Shown piece by piece: positions 24,422 through 37,426 of a DNA stretch of 64,000 nt. Origin of the DNA: Leptogorgia sarmentosa (taxonomy: Eukaryota); contig OZ210885.1 in the NCBI GenBank assembly GCA_964658305.1, positions 21,700,001 through 21,764,000 of the forward strand, written 5' to 3'. Numbering within the stretch: the stretch's first letter is position 1; each line of letters begins with the position of its first letter. A program made the position numbers and the translations under genes. A model generated the notes under the pieces. That model saw only the letters and a list, made by a program, of their open reading frames with translations, did not search any database and was not told where the DNA came from.

Positions 24422-27400
24422 ATGTCAACAGTTCAAGGAGTTCAAGAAGACTTATCCGGATTAGATTTACAAGGTATGGCAAATATGGACATGGCTTTGC
24501 TGTTAAACTATAAATATTGTAAAATTTTAGTAGTTTGGGTTATATTTGAAGTTATGTTCTTCATTTTCTTGTGCAAACAGGCGATGCTACACCAAATATT
24601 CGGGCTTCTGTGCGGAGAGTCCGTAGTCGTACGCGTGGTATTGCATGTAACTTTACAAATCATGTTCGACATTCAGCCTCACCAGATCCTTCGCCAAGGG
24701 CAATTCTCAGTGAGAAGCATGACCTCACACCACAATCAAAGAGCATGGGCTTACCAAGGACAAAACGTTCCCATCTTGGAGGTGAATATACGTCGCGTTT
24801 CATGAAATTCTTTCAGAAATTAGACAAACCAAATGTGTTGAAATAGTTTTCCTGCCAAATCAATTTTATGTATTTTTAACAAATTATTACATTAGTGAAT
24901 CCCAGATATAGATGAAGAAGTGAGGCGCAATATTTCAGAAGATCTTGAACAGGAATTGATAGTAGAAGAAGGTCTTGATGCCAAATCAAATAAAAAAGGT
25001 ATACCTTGTAATGCTGTTCTAAAGTTATCTAAGATATGAATATATTTTTTCATCTGATCATATTTTATTTTAGGCTATCCATTGTCAGGGAGAGGAATCA
25101 AAAAGAGACAAGAGCAGTTGCAATCTCAGTTACAAGAGGAGTTTGAAGAATGTTGTGGAAAAGAAGTTGACCAAACAACTATATTGGATTTCTTGTGCCT
25201 TGATGATAAGGAGAAAAGTTTAACAACAAGGGTAGTTACCGCTGCTTTTCCCTCATGCAAAATCCAGAGAATTCAAAAGAAAGGCCAGTCTAAGTATCCT
25301 TTTTACTTTTCCTTACAACACCCTATACATTAATGAATAAGGAAGAACAATTAAGTGTTCTTATTATAATCTATGAAATATTTTGTTCATTGTGAAGATT
25401 TTAAAAAAGTAAAGTACATTTCCTTAATATAACTGTAAGAAATGTTTATAAATATAACAAGAAAGTCAACCTCCCCACAAGTGCATCCTGGAAACCTTTC
25501 ACAAATAGATGATCAGATTGAAAGAATGCGAGAACAAGTATCCACATGTGACAATCACATTCAAAAACTCTGGTCAGCTTTAATGGACCATCTGGAAAGT
25601 GAGTCTGTGGATGATGAAGTAATGAAAGTTGTCAACAATCTTCGGGTTGAACAAGACAACAAAGACAAATATATGCTGGCACTTGTTAAATTGTACCAGT
25701 CCCAAGTGCAAATTATTCAGAACACTGGTGTGTATGTTACTCCAGAGCAAAAGAAAACCCTTGATGCTGAAATGAAAAAGATGGAAGATTTGTCAAATAA
25801 AGGTTATCGAACTGGGAAGTTTAGTACTGAGACACAAATTCCAGACAGCCTTTTCACAACATTTTTGGATGAAGTAATAGAAAACTGCCCTCTTATTACT
25901 TCAGTTATTGAATCCTTGCTAGTGTTCAACCGGAAGGAGAGAAATGTGAACAAAACTAGCACTTATAAGATGCTGTGTGCCAGTCAGTCGTTATCGGTTT
26001 TATTGAATCTACGAAATTCAAGGGCAATGAACGACTTTGTATTGTTATTTGGAATACTTTGTATATCATTTGGTGCTGGGAAACAGTTCATCAACATGCT
26101 ATCAGCTCTTGGTCTTACGTTACATTGGGACACACTGTACGTAATACCCATATCATTATTATGTAGGGTTTCAGGAGGTCTCTTATAACAAGTAAAAGCA
26201 TCTAGTTTTGATGTATAAAAACATTCATATCCATAAAATCACACAAAAATGAAAAATCCCATTTGTGTTTGGCAAACATAACTCATAATAGCACTTGTAC
26301 ATTTTACGTCACTCTATTTTTCATTAATTCTATTCAAACCCTCCAAGCATATATATATATAGAACAAACAATCATTCTCATGAAACAGGTTGGGTAAGGA
26401 TGCAGTTAATTACACTCAAAATCATAAATCTGTTATGAAATAAATTAATTTTATTTTAACTTATCTTTCAGCATGGGCTATTTAGATAAGCGCCTGGAAA
26501 TGTCTGAACAACTCATTAATGAAAAGTTCCCGACAAATGCACCTGTCATCATGCTTATTGACAATGTCAATATGTATAGAGGAAGAAGAAGACATGAAAG
26601 ATTGGTAAGGATGTTGGGCCCAAAAATGTGGAATTTCACAGTGAGAGCAGCACTGGTTCCAAGTCTTCAGGGAATAGAACAACACTTTGAAGATCCTGTA
26701 AAATATACTGAGCCACAAATGACTATAACTGATCTCAAGTCAAAAGATATCTTACTTGGTAAGTAAATATAACAAATACTTTAAGCTGTGCTATGTTGTG
26801 GCGTGCTTTGCCATGTTATTCTGGCATATTATGGTGTTATTGATATACAGCATCTCTGCATTCCTCTCAAGTAACTGAACTGTTTAAACTATGCAGTGGG
26901 GTATGCACAAAATTATTGTGCTGAAATAAGTAAACTAATATTAGTTGAAGTGAGTAAACTAATATTATTATTGAAATGAGTAGACTAATATTATTGACAA
27001 CATAGTTGTTGTCAATTTGGTGTTAATGATTGTACACAATTTGTTGACATTTATTTCAGTGTTCACTTATATATTATTTAGATGGAGATAGTGAGCACCT
27101 GGAATTGTGGGGCAAACTTCAAGACCGTTACATTCTCAATCTTTTGAACATTGGCCTAAATAAGATACCACCTTGTCCCAAGCCAATTGACAAATTGACA
27201 GAAAAGGAATGTGATGTTTGGATAAAGCAGTCGTTATCCATGGCAGCAGCTGGTGAACATTCAACGACCACATCATATCAAATTGAGGTCCCAAGAGTGG
27301 AAAAAGAATATCCATTGCAAAAAAGTGAATTCCTAGTGTTACCTTTGTCTCTGGAAAACAATTCTACACTTACTGGCACTGCAGCTATTTTGGAACAATT

Positions 27401-29191
27401 TTCCAGAGAGTTTGAAATACCATGTAAGCATGCAAACAGGCAATTTGTCTTCAACAAGAGTTCAAAATTGTATGATCTTGCTGCCGCAAGAAAGCACCAT
27501 GAATTCATGATCATGCTCTTCCATCACCGGAAAAATTCAATCACCATTGATCAACAGAGAAGACCATTCCAACTGATGATGACATAGAAAATGTGGATGG
27601 AGATGAGGAAGATGGTGAAATTACTACAGAAACGATTGAGAGTACAAGACGTTACTTTCAACAACAAGATAAAAATCTAACAAAATTGTACAATCAGATT
27701 AATAGTGACATGCTTAATGCAATGCAATCACAAGAAGATGGCAAATTTTGCAAACTTGTGAGAAATTTACAGGACACGCAAAAAGACTGGGAGGCTGGAT
27801 ATATTACTCCGATGGATATAACCAATGTTGGAGGTGGTGAAACAGTTCAAAAAGAAGCTTTTGATCGCAGCATCCATGTACAGTACCCGACTGCAATTGT
27901 TGGGGATCAAGGAACTTGTAAGGTGCTCAGATCAGCAAAGAATCGTTCCCAAGAAGCATTCAAGTGGGTTGCAGAATTGCCAGGTGATCTACACACCAAA
28001 GGTTACCTTTGTGAAGCAGCATACAAGGCACAAAAGTCGGGAGTTTCTATGTACATTGTGAACAAAGTCATGAAGAGGCACAAGGTTGTAGAGGAAGCAT
28101 TTCGAGCGAGAAAATTTCAGCAACAGAACCTGAACAGAATCCAGGGAGCTGTAAGAGATGGTGCTTTGGCAATTGGCCTTGCAGCAGTTGCAAATTTTAA
28201 AACATCTTCAGAGTTTCCCAGCAAAGAAGATCTTGGTGAGCATGTTTCTGTGTCAGGAAACCACAATGACATTTTGCTTAAATCCTACAAGCTATGGGTA
28301 TCCAAGTGTGCTGCAAAAGATCCTTCATTTGCATATACAATGCAAATGGTAGATCTTTTTGGGCCTCTCCTGGCTGGTACAACTGATGTGATCAGGAATG
28401 GTCTAGGCATGACAAGAGAAGCAATTTGGAAAGTCCTTTTGCCAGTATTTGCCCAACTTCAGTTTCGAAATTATTGGACTGAAGCACTTGTGCACATTGT
28501 GAATTTCACAGCAGTTTGGCCAATTGCATTCAGGGAAATGATGAGACGGAATTGCTCAATCAGTCTTTCAGGAAAAGAAGGTCATTGTCTTGCAATGGAT
28601 GAATTTGTAGAAGAGCATTTGGTAAAGCCATTGAAAGCATATGTGTCAGGTATAATATGTAATATTGAAATGTAAGTTATGAGTAGAGGAAATGGAAGAT
28701 GTATGACTAGAATTAAAAAATACAGGTGGTTGAGAAATAAGTCATTTGATGAAAATATAAGAAGAGTACCTCATTCCTCTTCCTATGACAAAATATTAAT
28801 TTTTATTAATTTTCTAATTTTTGTAGGACACACAAGTGTGAGTATGTGTGAAAGAATGATGGCCAACATCCAAATAATTGAAGCAACCAGAAAGGCCTTT
28901 ATGTCTAAGAAGGCTTTTGATGTGCACCCAACCAAAAAGCACAGTGAGCAAGATCCTTTTCCGGACCAATTAAAGGGAATGTGGTTTTGTATGAAGGAGG
29001 AGGTACTCTCACCCACAGAAGGTAGAAATGTCATCAAACATTTCCCCTTGGATGGCTCAGGTCCAAAGGAAATGCCCATCCCAAAGAAATTTAGCGATGT
29101 GTATCAAAAGGGCTGTGAAAAGGTTGAAAAAGAATTTAATGCAAAATTACATGAATGTTTTCCCAGTGTACGAAATGTGGGCTCCACATAA
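24422..29191 (+). pseudogene. Multi-exon Academ-type (DUF6589-like) DDE transposase
   Basis: GT-AG introns (e.g. 26759-27081, 28650-28826). Motifs MLIDNVNMY, VGDQGT, ELPGDLH, RNYWTEAL, SLSGKEGHCLAMDEFVEEH. A frameshift near 27540-27590. Confidence 0.75.
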
Positions 29192-29390
29192 TTAAGGCAC
29201 TCTTTAATGTTCCATTAAAAACTCTTGGTTTTTCGGTTGAACAAAATAAATAGTTTATAATAAAGCTTCAAAAATTTGTAATTATGGAACAATGTCTAAA
29301 ATACTACTGTACAATATTTATATGTATGTTACTTTCTTTTTCTGGTATAGTTTTTTAACTAATGTTCAATGAGCTACCATTTAAAAACAT

Positions 29391-32019
29391 CTATATATGT
29401 ATGGTTGCTTCTCCATTCAAAAGAGCTGAATGCTCTTCTACAGTAATATATGGAGTTGTTTGTGAATCTGTGACACTACGTAAATTTTCTGCCAGAAACC
29501 CCATTGCTAACAGCATGTGAAGCAATTCTAATGCCCCTTTATCATTTTTGAAAATGGCTTTACCCTTCCCAAAAGATGGTAGTGTGTGCAAACCTTTCTC
29601 AATAACATCCTTTGTCTTGTGACCACGGTAGACCTTAATTATGTTCTTTGGGGAGACTCTGTCCAGAAGTGTAAGAATGTCGACAACACAATTGATCAGA
29701 TCTATCCCATAAGTTGTCATATCTTTTGCTGAATGTGGTGAGCTAGCAAGGCAGGTATCACACATCCCACAGAAAGACATTTCATTTTCATCACCAAAAT
29801 ATGTCAGCATCACTTTTTTTCGGCACTTTCTTTCTACACAGTATCTGGTCATCTCATCCAAGCGTTTCTTTGCACTTGATTTATGTACTCCATCTTCAAT
29901 TTCACCAATGTGCTTTAACAGTTTAGTTCTGTCAGGAAATTTGAAAAGCAGAATACATGAACATTCATTCCCATCCCTTCCAGCTCTGCCAGCTTCTTGG
30001 AAATACTCTTCCATAGACTTGGGCATTGAGTGATGTATGACAAAACGAACATCTTTCTTGTCAATGCCCATGCCAAATGCATTTGTTGCACACATCACAT
30101 CTGACCGGCCTTCCAACCACATTTGACCATTCCTGCTCTGTTCAAACAAGTCCAGCTGTCCGTGATAGTACACAGCTTTGACCCCTCTTTGTTTTAAATG
30201 GTAAGCCATGTCCAGTGTATCTCGTGTAGAAAAGCAATACACAATGCCACATTGACCACTAAATTCTCTTGTCACCATGTCTGCCACTTGGTCCATGGAC
30301 TTTGTTTCCTTTTTTCAATTATTTTGAATGAAAGGTTCGGCCTGTCTAAAGGCAATTGCAAAATACCAGGATTCACAAGTTTGAGACTATGTGCAATACG
30401 CTGCACAGTATCATTAGTGGCAGTCCCAGTGAAAGCTACAATTTGGACATTGTGGTCTTTAAAAATGCACAAGTTTGAGTAACTTGGACGGAAGTCATTT
30501 CCCCATGTGTCTATACAGTGCGCTTCATCTATCACAAGTCTATCTAAAGTGCCTCTTTGTGTCATGGTCTTCACCACTCCTTGAAGATGAGGTGCTAATA
30601 GTGCTTCAGGAGTGATGAGCAAGATGTCATATGGAATATCTTTCTGAGAAAGGCAGTGAAGCACATTCTCCTTTTCATTTTCAGGCATTGTTGAGTTCAG
30701 ATAACAAACTCGTATCTTCCGTTCTCTCAAACGCCGCACCTGGTCGTCCATTAGGGACAACAGTGGGGTAACCACAATGGTGATTCCCTGAGAGACAAAG
30801 GCAGGAATTGCATAACACATTGTTTTACCTCCACCTGTAGGCATGACAACAACACCATCTAGGCCGCTCAATATTGCTCTGATGGCTTCTTCTTGGCCCC
30901 TTCGAAAGGCACTGTGACCAAAAATCTGGTGCAGGATATCTTTGACAGGGTCCCCTGACAGGTCATAATCTTCTGCTTCTTGGATTGTGGAATTTGTAGC
31001 ATGTAGGAATTGGTGGACTGGTGATGCAGAAGGATCCACTGACAGGAAATCCTAAAACCATTGGATTTATTATTATAAGATTCAAGTACAGTAACCATCA
31101 CTTCAATCAGCAATCATTTTTAACCATCAGCAATCATTTTTAAGACGCTGGAAGACATCAAATAGATTTCACAGAGCCAGATTCAGACTAATTCCCAATA
31201 TTATTCAAGTTAATTATATATTACAGTATATAAATACAATGTCAAAATTATAGGTTATTACAGGCATATGAAGCTTATTGTCGCAACAACAACTTACCCG
31301 TTTCACATATTTCGACTGTAAGATTATGTGTTCTTTTCCCTCTCTAACAGAAAACCAAGCCAGAAACTGGACATGTAAATCGTTGCTTCGAACATCAATA
31401 ACTTCCTGATCTGCGCCAGACGAAAACAGTTGTAATTTTCCCCGATGTAACAAATAAACACCAACGAGTTTGGCAGCCTCACTAGCTGTCTTTGTGTAGC
31501 AATCCAATTCTATGCCATTGGCTTTTACAGTGAACTTCTTGAATTCGTCGCCATGCTATTGAAACATTAGGTATTATGTAAATATAAATTAATATTCATA
31601 AAGGCGCATAATATTTACAGAAGGTATTTGGAATTACCATGTATTAACCTTATTCAAAACTATACCTTTGTTGATCGAATAATAAATAATTCACCAAGGC
31701 ATCGCAAGGTTTCGTCTCCATGAACTTCCATCATCAGCTTTCGTGCATTTTGAAAGTCCTTTGTTGTGCATTTATTGTTGTGTATCACTCGCCAGTGATG
31801 CTCAATTCCACTTTCCTCATAAAAGCTAACATTTTGTGAGCAGAACGCATGAGGACAAGGAAGCTTTTTATTTAAAAAGGCTTTGTCTAAATAAAATGGA
31901 TTTGTTGTGTTTATATTTATGTTGGCCGTGCCGTGCGCCATGACAGTAGACAAGATCTGCCAGGCGCTCCCCAGGATGCATCCTTCCCAATATTCCTTTC
32001 GCGCATCATGCAAATTCAT
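29391..32019 (-). pseudogene. RecQ-family SF2 helicase with RQC (Zn + winged helix) and extra upstream exons; one frameshift ~30300
   Basis: MPTGGGKT, VTPLLSLMDDQV, IDEAHC, WGNDFRPSY, FTGTA, GIVYC, ATNAFGMGIDK, QEAGRAGRDG, CRKKVMLTYFGD...CGMCDTC. Upstream exons at ~31290-31560 and 31660-32019 (CPHAFC...HHWRVIH) are probably part of the gene. Confidence 0.9.
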
Positions 32020-32089
32020 ATTCCAGTTATATTTAGTTCAATGTTGAAATTACGCACGTCGTCTTTCAGAGCGCCTGGGTACGAGGCAG

Positions 32090-34951
32090 CGATGTTCCAC
32101 CGTTTCCTTCCAATTCCTTTGCGTTGTAATGCCATTTGTGAATAGAGAATGTCGCATCTTCAAATACTTCTATCGCTTTCGCTTTCTTTTCGCTGGTTTC
32201 ATCCACTGTAACTCCGCCCGCCATCAAATCGTCAACATAGAGCCTGTCTTGCAATTCCTTTACCACAGTGGGATAACGATCTTTCCAGGAGTCGAGATGT
32301 TGATTAAGGACCCCAGCAAGAAGAAACGGAGATGAGGTGAGACCAAAGGGTGCTCGAGTGAATCGGTAGATCTTGATCTCATCACTGGTTGGCTCTTGCC
32401 AGTGGAAGCGTAGAGCATCCCTTTCTTCCAGCTTTATTCTTATTTGTAGAAATGCTTTCCTAAGGTCGCCGGTGAGAAGGACTGGGTGGAATCTTGATTT
32501 CACTAATATGTCCCAAAGCTGATTCTGAAGGGCTGGTCCAGGGTGCAAACAATCGTTCAATGAAGGAGCACTGTTATTTTCTCTTGCAGATGCATCATAG
32601 ACGATGCGAAGCTGTGTGCTTTCAGCTCCCTCCTTTACCACGGCTTTGTGGGGGATATAAAACTCATTCCCACTTGGTTGTTCAGGTGCGGGTTCCAAAA
32701 TTCCTTGTTGGAGTTGCTCTTGGATGATGTTGTCGTAATCTTCATACAACTCACTCTTCTTCAGCTTTCGAACTAAGTGTTCGAGTCTTTTCCTGCTACC
32801 AGTCTCATTCGTCAGCAGGGGCGGATGGTTTCCTTTCCAGGGTAAACTTGTTTGATACCATCCAGCCTCGTCTCTCACTAATTGTTCCTTAAACTCCTGG
32901 TAAACAGCTTGTTGATCATTCTCATGGGTATCTGAAAGTCCCAATACATCAAGTGCGCACAGCTGTTCATACTCAGTGGAGGTTGATCGGGTTAGCAATG
33001 CTGGACCATCTTTCTCTTCTCTACCAGATGACATAAGGGTCCATCCAAGGAGAGTCTTTTCCGCAATAGGCTGTCCAAGTTGTCCAACTTTCTGGGCTGA
33101 TCGTGTCTTTACGGCAGCATACTCGCTTGCTCCTAGGACTACATGCACTGGAATTTCACTACGATTCTTCGGATCCTCCAAGACTTTCACACCTTCGAGG
33201 TGGTCATACTTCTCGCACAGTTCTTTTGCATTGGGATTGTTTACAATCATAAGATGGGGTTTGTAGACCTTCGACAGTTCGATGTCCATTTAAAATTTGC
33301 CATCCACGGATGCAAGCTTTGCTGAATATATCTCAACCCTGGTTGTTGTTGAGCTCAACATCATGTCAACTCTTCTTGTTTCGACTTGCGTTGGTTTTTT
33401 GTGTAGTGCTTCAATTAATTTGGCTGATGCGTACGAACTACCGGCACCAGTATCCAGAAGAGCATGAGTCTGGATCCCATCAATCTCGATCAATACTGTT
33501 GGATAGATTACCTGCTGGTCTTCATCTCGGTGTGCTGATAGAGCCGGCTTTAGCTTTTCAGTCTCACTACAAATCGATGTATGATGCCGTTTGCCACAGT
33601 TCCTACATGTCCCAGTACTTTTGCACTCTGACGCTCTGTGTGCGGATGCGGTACAGTTAAAACACAACTTTTTCTTTGCCAGAATCCCCTTCCGTTCGTC
33701 CGCTGTTTTCACCGAGGTACACTCCGCAGATCGATGATCATGCTTGCCGCAATAAACACAGGACCGTGGCTTCGCGACTTGTTCACTTCCCTCCTGATGG
33801 GTCTTGTAGCAATTTCCTCGTTTCTGCTGCTGACGATCATCGGGTTTCTCTTCATCTCTAATCGGATTACGTCTAGCCCACTGCTGTAAGGCGTCGGTAA
33901 ACTGAACAAAAGTCCACTTTTCCCAATCTCCATCATTCCGTACAAGGTCTCCTCTTATAGCTGGTAATTTGTCCATCACCATTGAAACTGTGCCATTAAT
34001 CACATCAAGCTGTTTGAGTGTCTCCAGCGACTGTACACTATATGCCAATTTCTCATAAAATTCATGGATCTTCTTAGTGTTAGCTGTGGGAATATTGGGT
34101 AGGTCAAGTATTTCCTTGACAAATGCTTTTACGATTTCGCTCTCTTTCCCAAACCGATCTTTGAGGATTGCGACTGCTCGATTATACCCTTCTGGTGTAT
34201 GCGGCAAGGCTACGATTGCTTTTGTTGCTTTCTCACACAACAGTTCCCTCAGATATGCGAACTTGTTAACAGGAGGTATACTGGATTTATCAATGGTTTC
34301 AGAGAATAAGTTCCAAAATCTTGGCCAATCAGCATAAGTCCCATTAAATTTGGTTATATGAAGTTTAGGTAGTTTAGCTTGAACTTTAACACCGCTTCCG
34401 GTTCCTGTATATTGTTCACTTACTTCCGTTGCGTTAATCTCAGATTGTAATTTCACCTCAGCTTCGTGCAACTTTAGTTCGAACTTCAGCTGTCTTTCGC
34501 GTTCTATGTCCTCTCGTTCAGCCTTTTCTTCGAATTGTTTTCTTTCTTTCTTCGCGTCTAGATCTTCTAACCATTCTTCTAATAATTCGACTTTACCGTC
34601 AGCTTTCTCCATCGCTGTTTCAATACCATGATTCCAGGTATCGATTTCATCGTTGTTTGTTTCCGTCGATATTTTTGTCGCTTCGACAGATATTCGCAGT
34701 TTATTTACTTCCGATATAGTTTCTTTTAAACTCTCAACATGTCTCGCAATAACCCGTTTCTTTTCCGTGTTCAGTACTTGATCACTCTTCTCGGTCACCC
34801 TTTGTAGCTGAATGAGCTTTGTTTGAAGTTCTGCCTCATAATCTTCAGGTTTTTTAGCCATCGCCAGAAATGTCGGAAAACCGTCGCCAAACCAATGTAT
34901 CGTTCTCACCAAATATATGTTAAGTTCCGCTTTGTTTCGCTCAAAAATCAC
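32090..34951 (-). pseudogene. BEL/Pao gag-protease-RT
   Basis: KLPKLHITKFNG (DUF1759-like), three Zn knuckles, ALLDTGAGSSY, RIVYDASA, GDLRKAFLQI, PFGLTSSPFLL, YVDD; in-frame stop at 33290. Confidence 0.93.
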
Positions 34952-36879
34952 TGTTTACGCTTGTTCTGTAGGTTCTACGTCCCATCGGGGGTGCCAGGTG
35001 TTGGAAATTCAGCTTCTTTCTCAACAAATTCACACATAAACCTTTAATCTGAATTTCACGTCCCCACCAAAACATGTTCTAAATCACGCCACTCTCTGTC
35101 ACGTGTTGCATGCATAATTAAACATAAATTAAATTATCCTAATCTCGGACAGGCCATGTGCGTCCATGTTTTGTGTCGAAGGTGTCCAGGACAGCTTGAA
35201 TGCCTTCATTGTGTGGAATGTTGGTGTACAATGACTTGACATCAATGGTGGCGATAATAGTGTGAGGTGGTAATGGTGTGTCGATATTGAAAATGGTTTG
35301 TAAAAAGTGGTTTGTGTCTTTGATATAGGATGGTAGTGTGCTACAGAATAGTTTGAGGTGGAAATCAATGAATGAGGAAAGTCTGTCTGTTGGTGAATCA
35401 CATCCTGATATGATTGGTCTGCCTGGATTTCCTGGCTTATGGATTTTGGGTAAGAGATAAAATATGGGTGTGTGTGCTGGTGTTGATGGTAAGAGGTGTT
35501 TTAATGTTTTGTAGTCAATATCCTCATGTTTGTAAAGATTCCTGACATATTCAGTGATTTTTTTGGTCTGTGTCGAGATGATTGTGGTGGGATTGGATGG
35601 TATATATTCTTACTATTTGTTGTCATTAAGTTGGGAGAGTGCTTCATTTTCATAGTCAGATGTTGACTATATTACTATAGCACCCCGCTTGTCTGCTGGT
35701 TTAATGACATATTTCTGATTATGAATATTGTAGGTGTTGAGGAAATTTACCTCCTGTTGGTTCAAATTGGATGTGAGTTGATTATGACGATAATGCCTGA
35801 ATGTCTGGTTGATGGATTCTGCGACAGAACAGATATACAAGACTAAATTTGGGTTGTCGGGCAGAGGTGGTTCCCATGTGCTGTTGGTTTTGAGTGGTTT
35901 TTGATGATGGTGCTTGGATGCATTTCTGAAGTGGTAATGTGTGTACATGGATGTCCTGAATTGTTTGAATTAATTGGTGATTGTTTTCAGATGAGTTGTT
36001 TTTGGTGTTTGGTATGAATTTGAGGCCCCTTGAGAGTAGGGATTGTAGTGGTTTGTCTGGTTCTTGGTTTGTGAGATTGACTATGAGGTTGTTGTTGGTG
36101 TGGTTCACCAGTTGTTGGCGATGTTTTTTGTCGCGGTTTTTGTTGTGGACTTTGCTTCTGGAGTGTTTGCATGTGAGGGACTTTATTCCCCTCTTTCATG
36201 AACATGTTGTAGATGGTGGGGAATTGGTTTTGTTTCCCTACCAGTTGTTGGCGGATGGTGGCTCTCGTTATGGCGGGTATGATGGTGGTGTGTGCTTGGC
36301 ATAATGGTAGGTGTGGCGGTGGGTGGGTTGGTCGTTGTGGTGTTGGGTGTGTTGATGAGTGTGGTGTTTTGTGGTGTGGTGTGGCTGGTGGTGGATGAAC
36401 CGTTTTAGTTTGTGGTTTTGTGGTGGATTGGTGGTGATGTGGTGGTGGGTGTTTGGGGGTTGGTGTGTGTGGTGTTCGCTGCCGTGGTTGGTGGTTGATG
36501 TTTTCGGCGTTTGTGAGATGGGTGAAAATCAACTGGTTATGGCCTATCAGAGACACAAAAACATCAAAGAATACTTTGTTCGCACAAAATACACCTGACC
36601 ACACGTCCACCACATACCACCCACACCACAAAAACAAATTCTTCCCAAACCGTGGGGGACACGTTCACAATTCTTTCCAAAGCCCATGGGGGACACGCTT
36701 CTTGCGTACAAAATTGCATATACTCTGTGTAAATAAAACGATGTTCTTTTACTAATGCACTGTTTCCATCAAATACACAGTGCTTCCATCAAAGTACTGA
36801 CATTTACTGTAGAAATATTGTTATTTCCCTTGCCTTATATATTGCCTTCTGTAGACTTTTAGATGCTTTCTATTTAAAA

Positions 36880-37049
36880 GGTTAACGCTTTCATCTTTAA
36901 AAGTAGACACCTTCCGTGGAAAAGTAGACATCTTCCATGGAAAAGTAAACGCCTCCCGTAGAAATCTAAAACTAATGCGCGCGCATGTTTCCGGCACCCG
37001 CAGTACGTGTGACTGCGACAGGCCATACAAAGTAAATACTTCATGTCTC
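36880..37049 (-). repeat. Isolated transposon terminus, inverted copy of 53176-53280, with AAAGTAGACACCTTCCGTGG subterminal repeats
   Basis: ~100 bp ending GCAGTACGTGTGACTGCGACAGGCCATACAAAGTAAATACTTCATGTCT is the reverse complement of the 53177 start. Confidence 0.8.
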
Positions 37050-37235
37050 AAGCATTTAGTAAAATGGCAACATGTGGTCAATTTTTGTACGAATTTCCTG
37101 TTCCAAATTGCAATTTTTGTCCAAATTGTGGTCATAAACGAACAGGTAAGAATCACATAATATGTTGTATAAATAAATTATATATATATATATACATATA
37201 ATGAATTAAAGTTCAGAGATTCAACAGTCAAGACA

Positions 37236-37302
37236 AGACATTTTATTACTATTTAGTTTCGTGCCACACGTAATGTGTGGTACTCTTCAGATAAAATTGT
37301 CT
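37236..37302 (-). ncRNA. Type I hammerhead ribozyme (minus-strand copy)
   Basis: Reverse complement of 37360-37426 with one stem II substitution. Confidence 0.72.
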
Positions 37303-37359
37303 ATAATTAAATTATATATAAAAATTATATATTAAATTATATATTAATAATTAAATTAT

Positions 37360-37426
37360 AGACAATTTTATCTGAAGAGTACCACACGTTACGTGTGGCA
37401 CGAAACTAAATAGTAATAAAATGTCT
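37360..37426 (+). ncRNA. Type I hammerhead ribozyme
   Basis: Stem I AGACA-A-TTTTAT / ATAAAA-TGTCT; CTGAAGA at 37372-37378; stem II GTACCACACG-TTA-CGTGTGGCAC; GAAAC at 37402-37406; short stem III CT-AAAT-AG; GTA cleavage triplet at 37413-37415. Confidence 0.78.

Larger units (their letters stand above)
24115..32089. mobile_element. AcademH-like DNA transposon (transposase + RecQ helicase, convergent)
   Basis: TIRs CTGCCTCGTACCCAGGCG / CGCCTGGGTACGAGGCAG; perfect 9-bp TSD CGATGTTCC (24106-24114, 32090-32098). Removal restores BEL frame EGNGGTS/QESDDGSTYAKQQLG. Confidence 0.92.
21332..35151 (-). mobile_element. Full-length BEL/Pao LTR retrotransposon interrupted by AcademH-like element
   Basis: 153-bp LTRs at 34999-35151 and 21332-21484 (one mismatch seen); TSD GGCC; PBS TGGCACCCCCGATGGGAC (tRNA-Arg-like); PPT GGGGGAGTG. 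Confidence 0.95.
20712..36640 (-). mobile_element. Penelope-like retroelement RT (segments 20712-21331 and 35152-~36640), split by the BEL element; 3'-truncated, no GIY-YIG seen
   Basis: LLSRGLKFIP, IKPADKRGAIVI, DVKSLYTNIP, then across the BEL site HGRTW/PLRPII...ENYFTF...GTAMGTKMAPSFANI, WKRFIDDIF, SHHPKKCKKSL. Confidence 0.88.

Noticed and set aside
29391..31039. Host RECQL/BLM gene
   Set aside because: Lies inside TIRs with a 9-bp TSD, within a retrotransposon.
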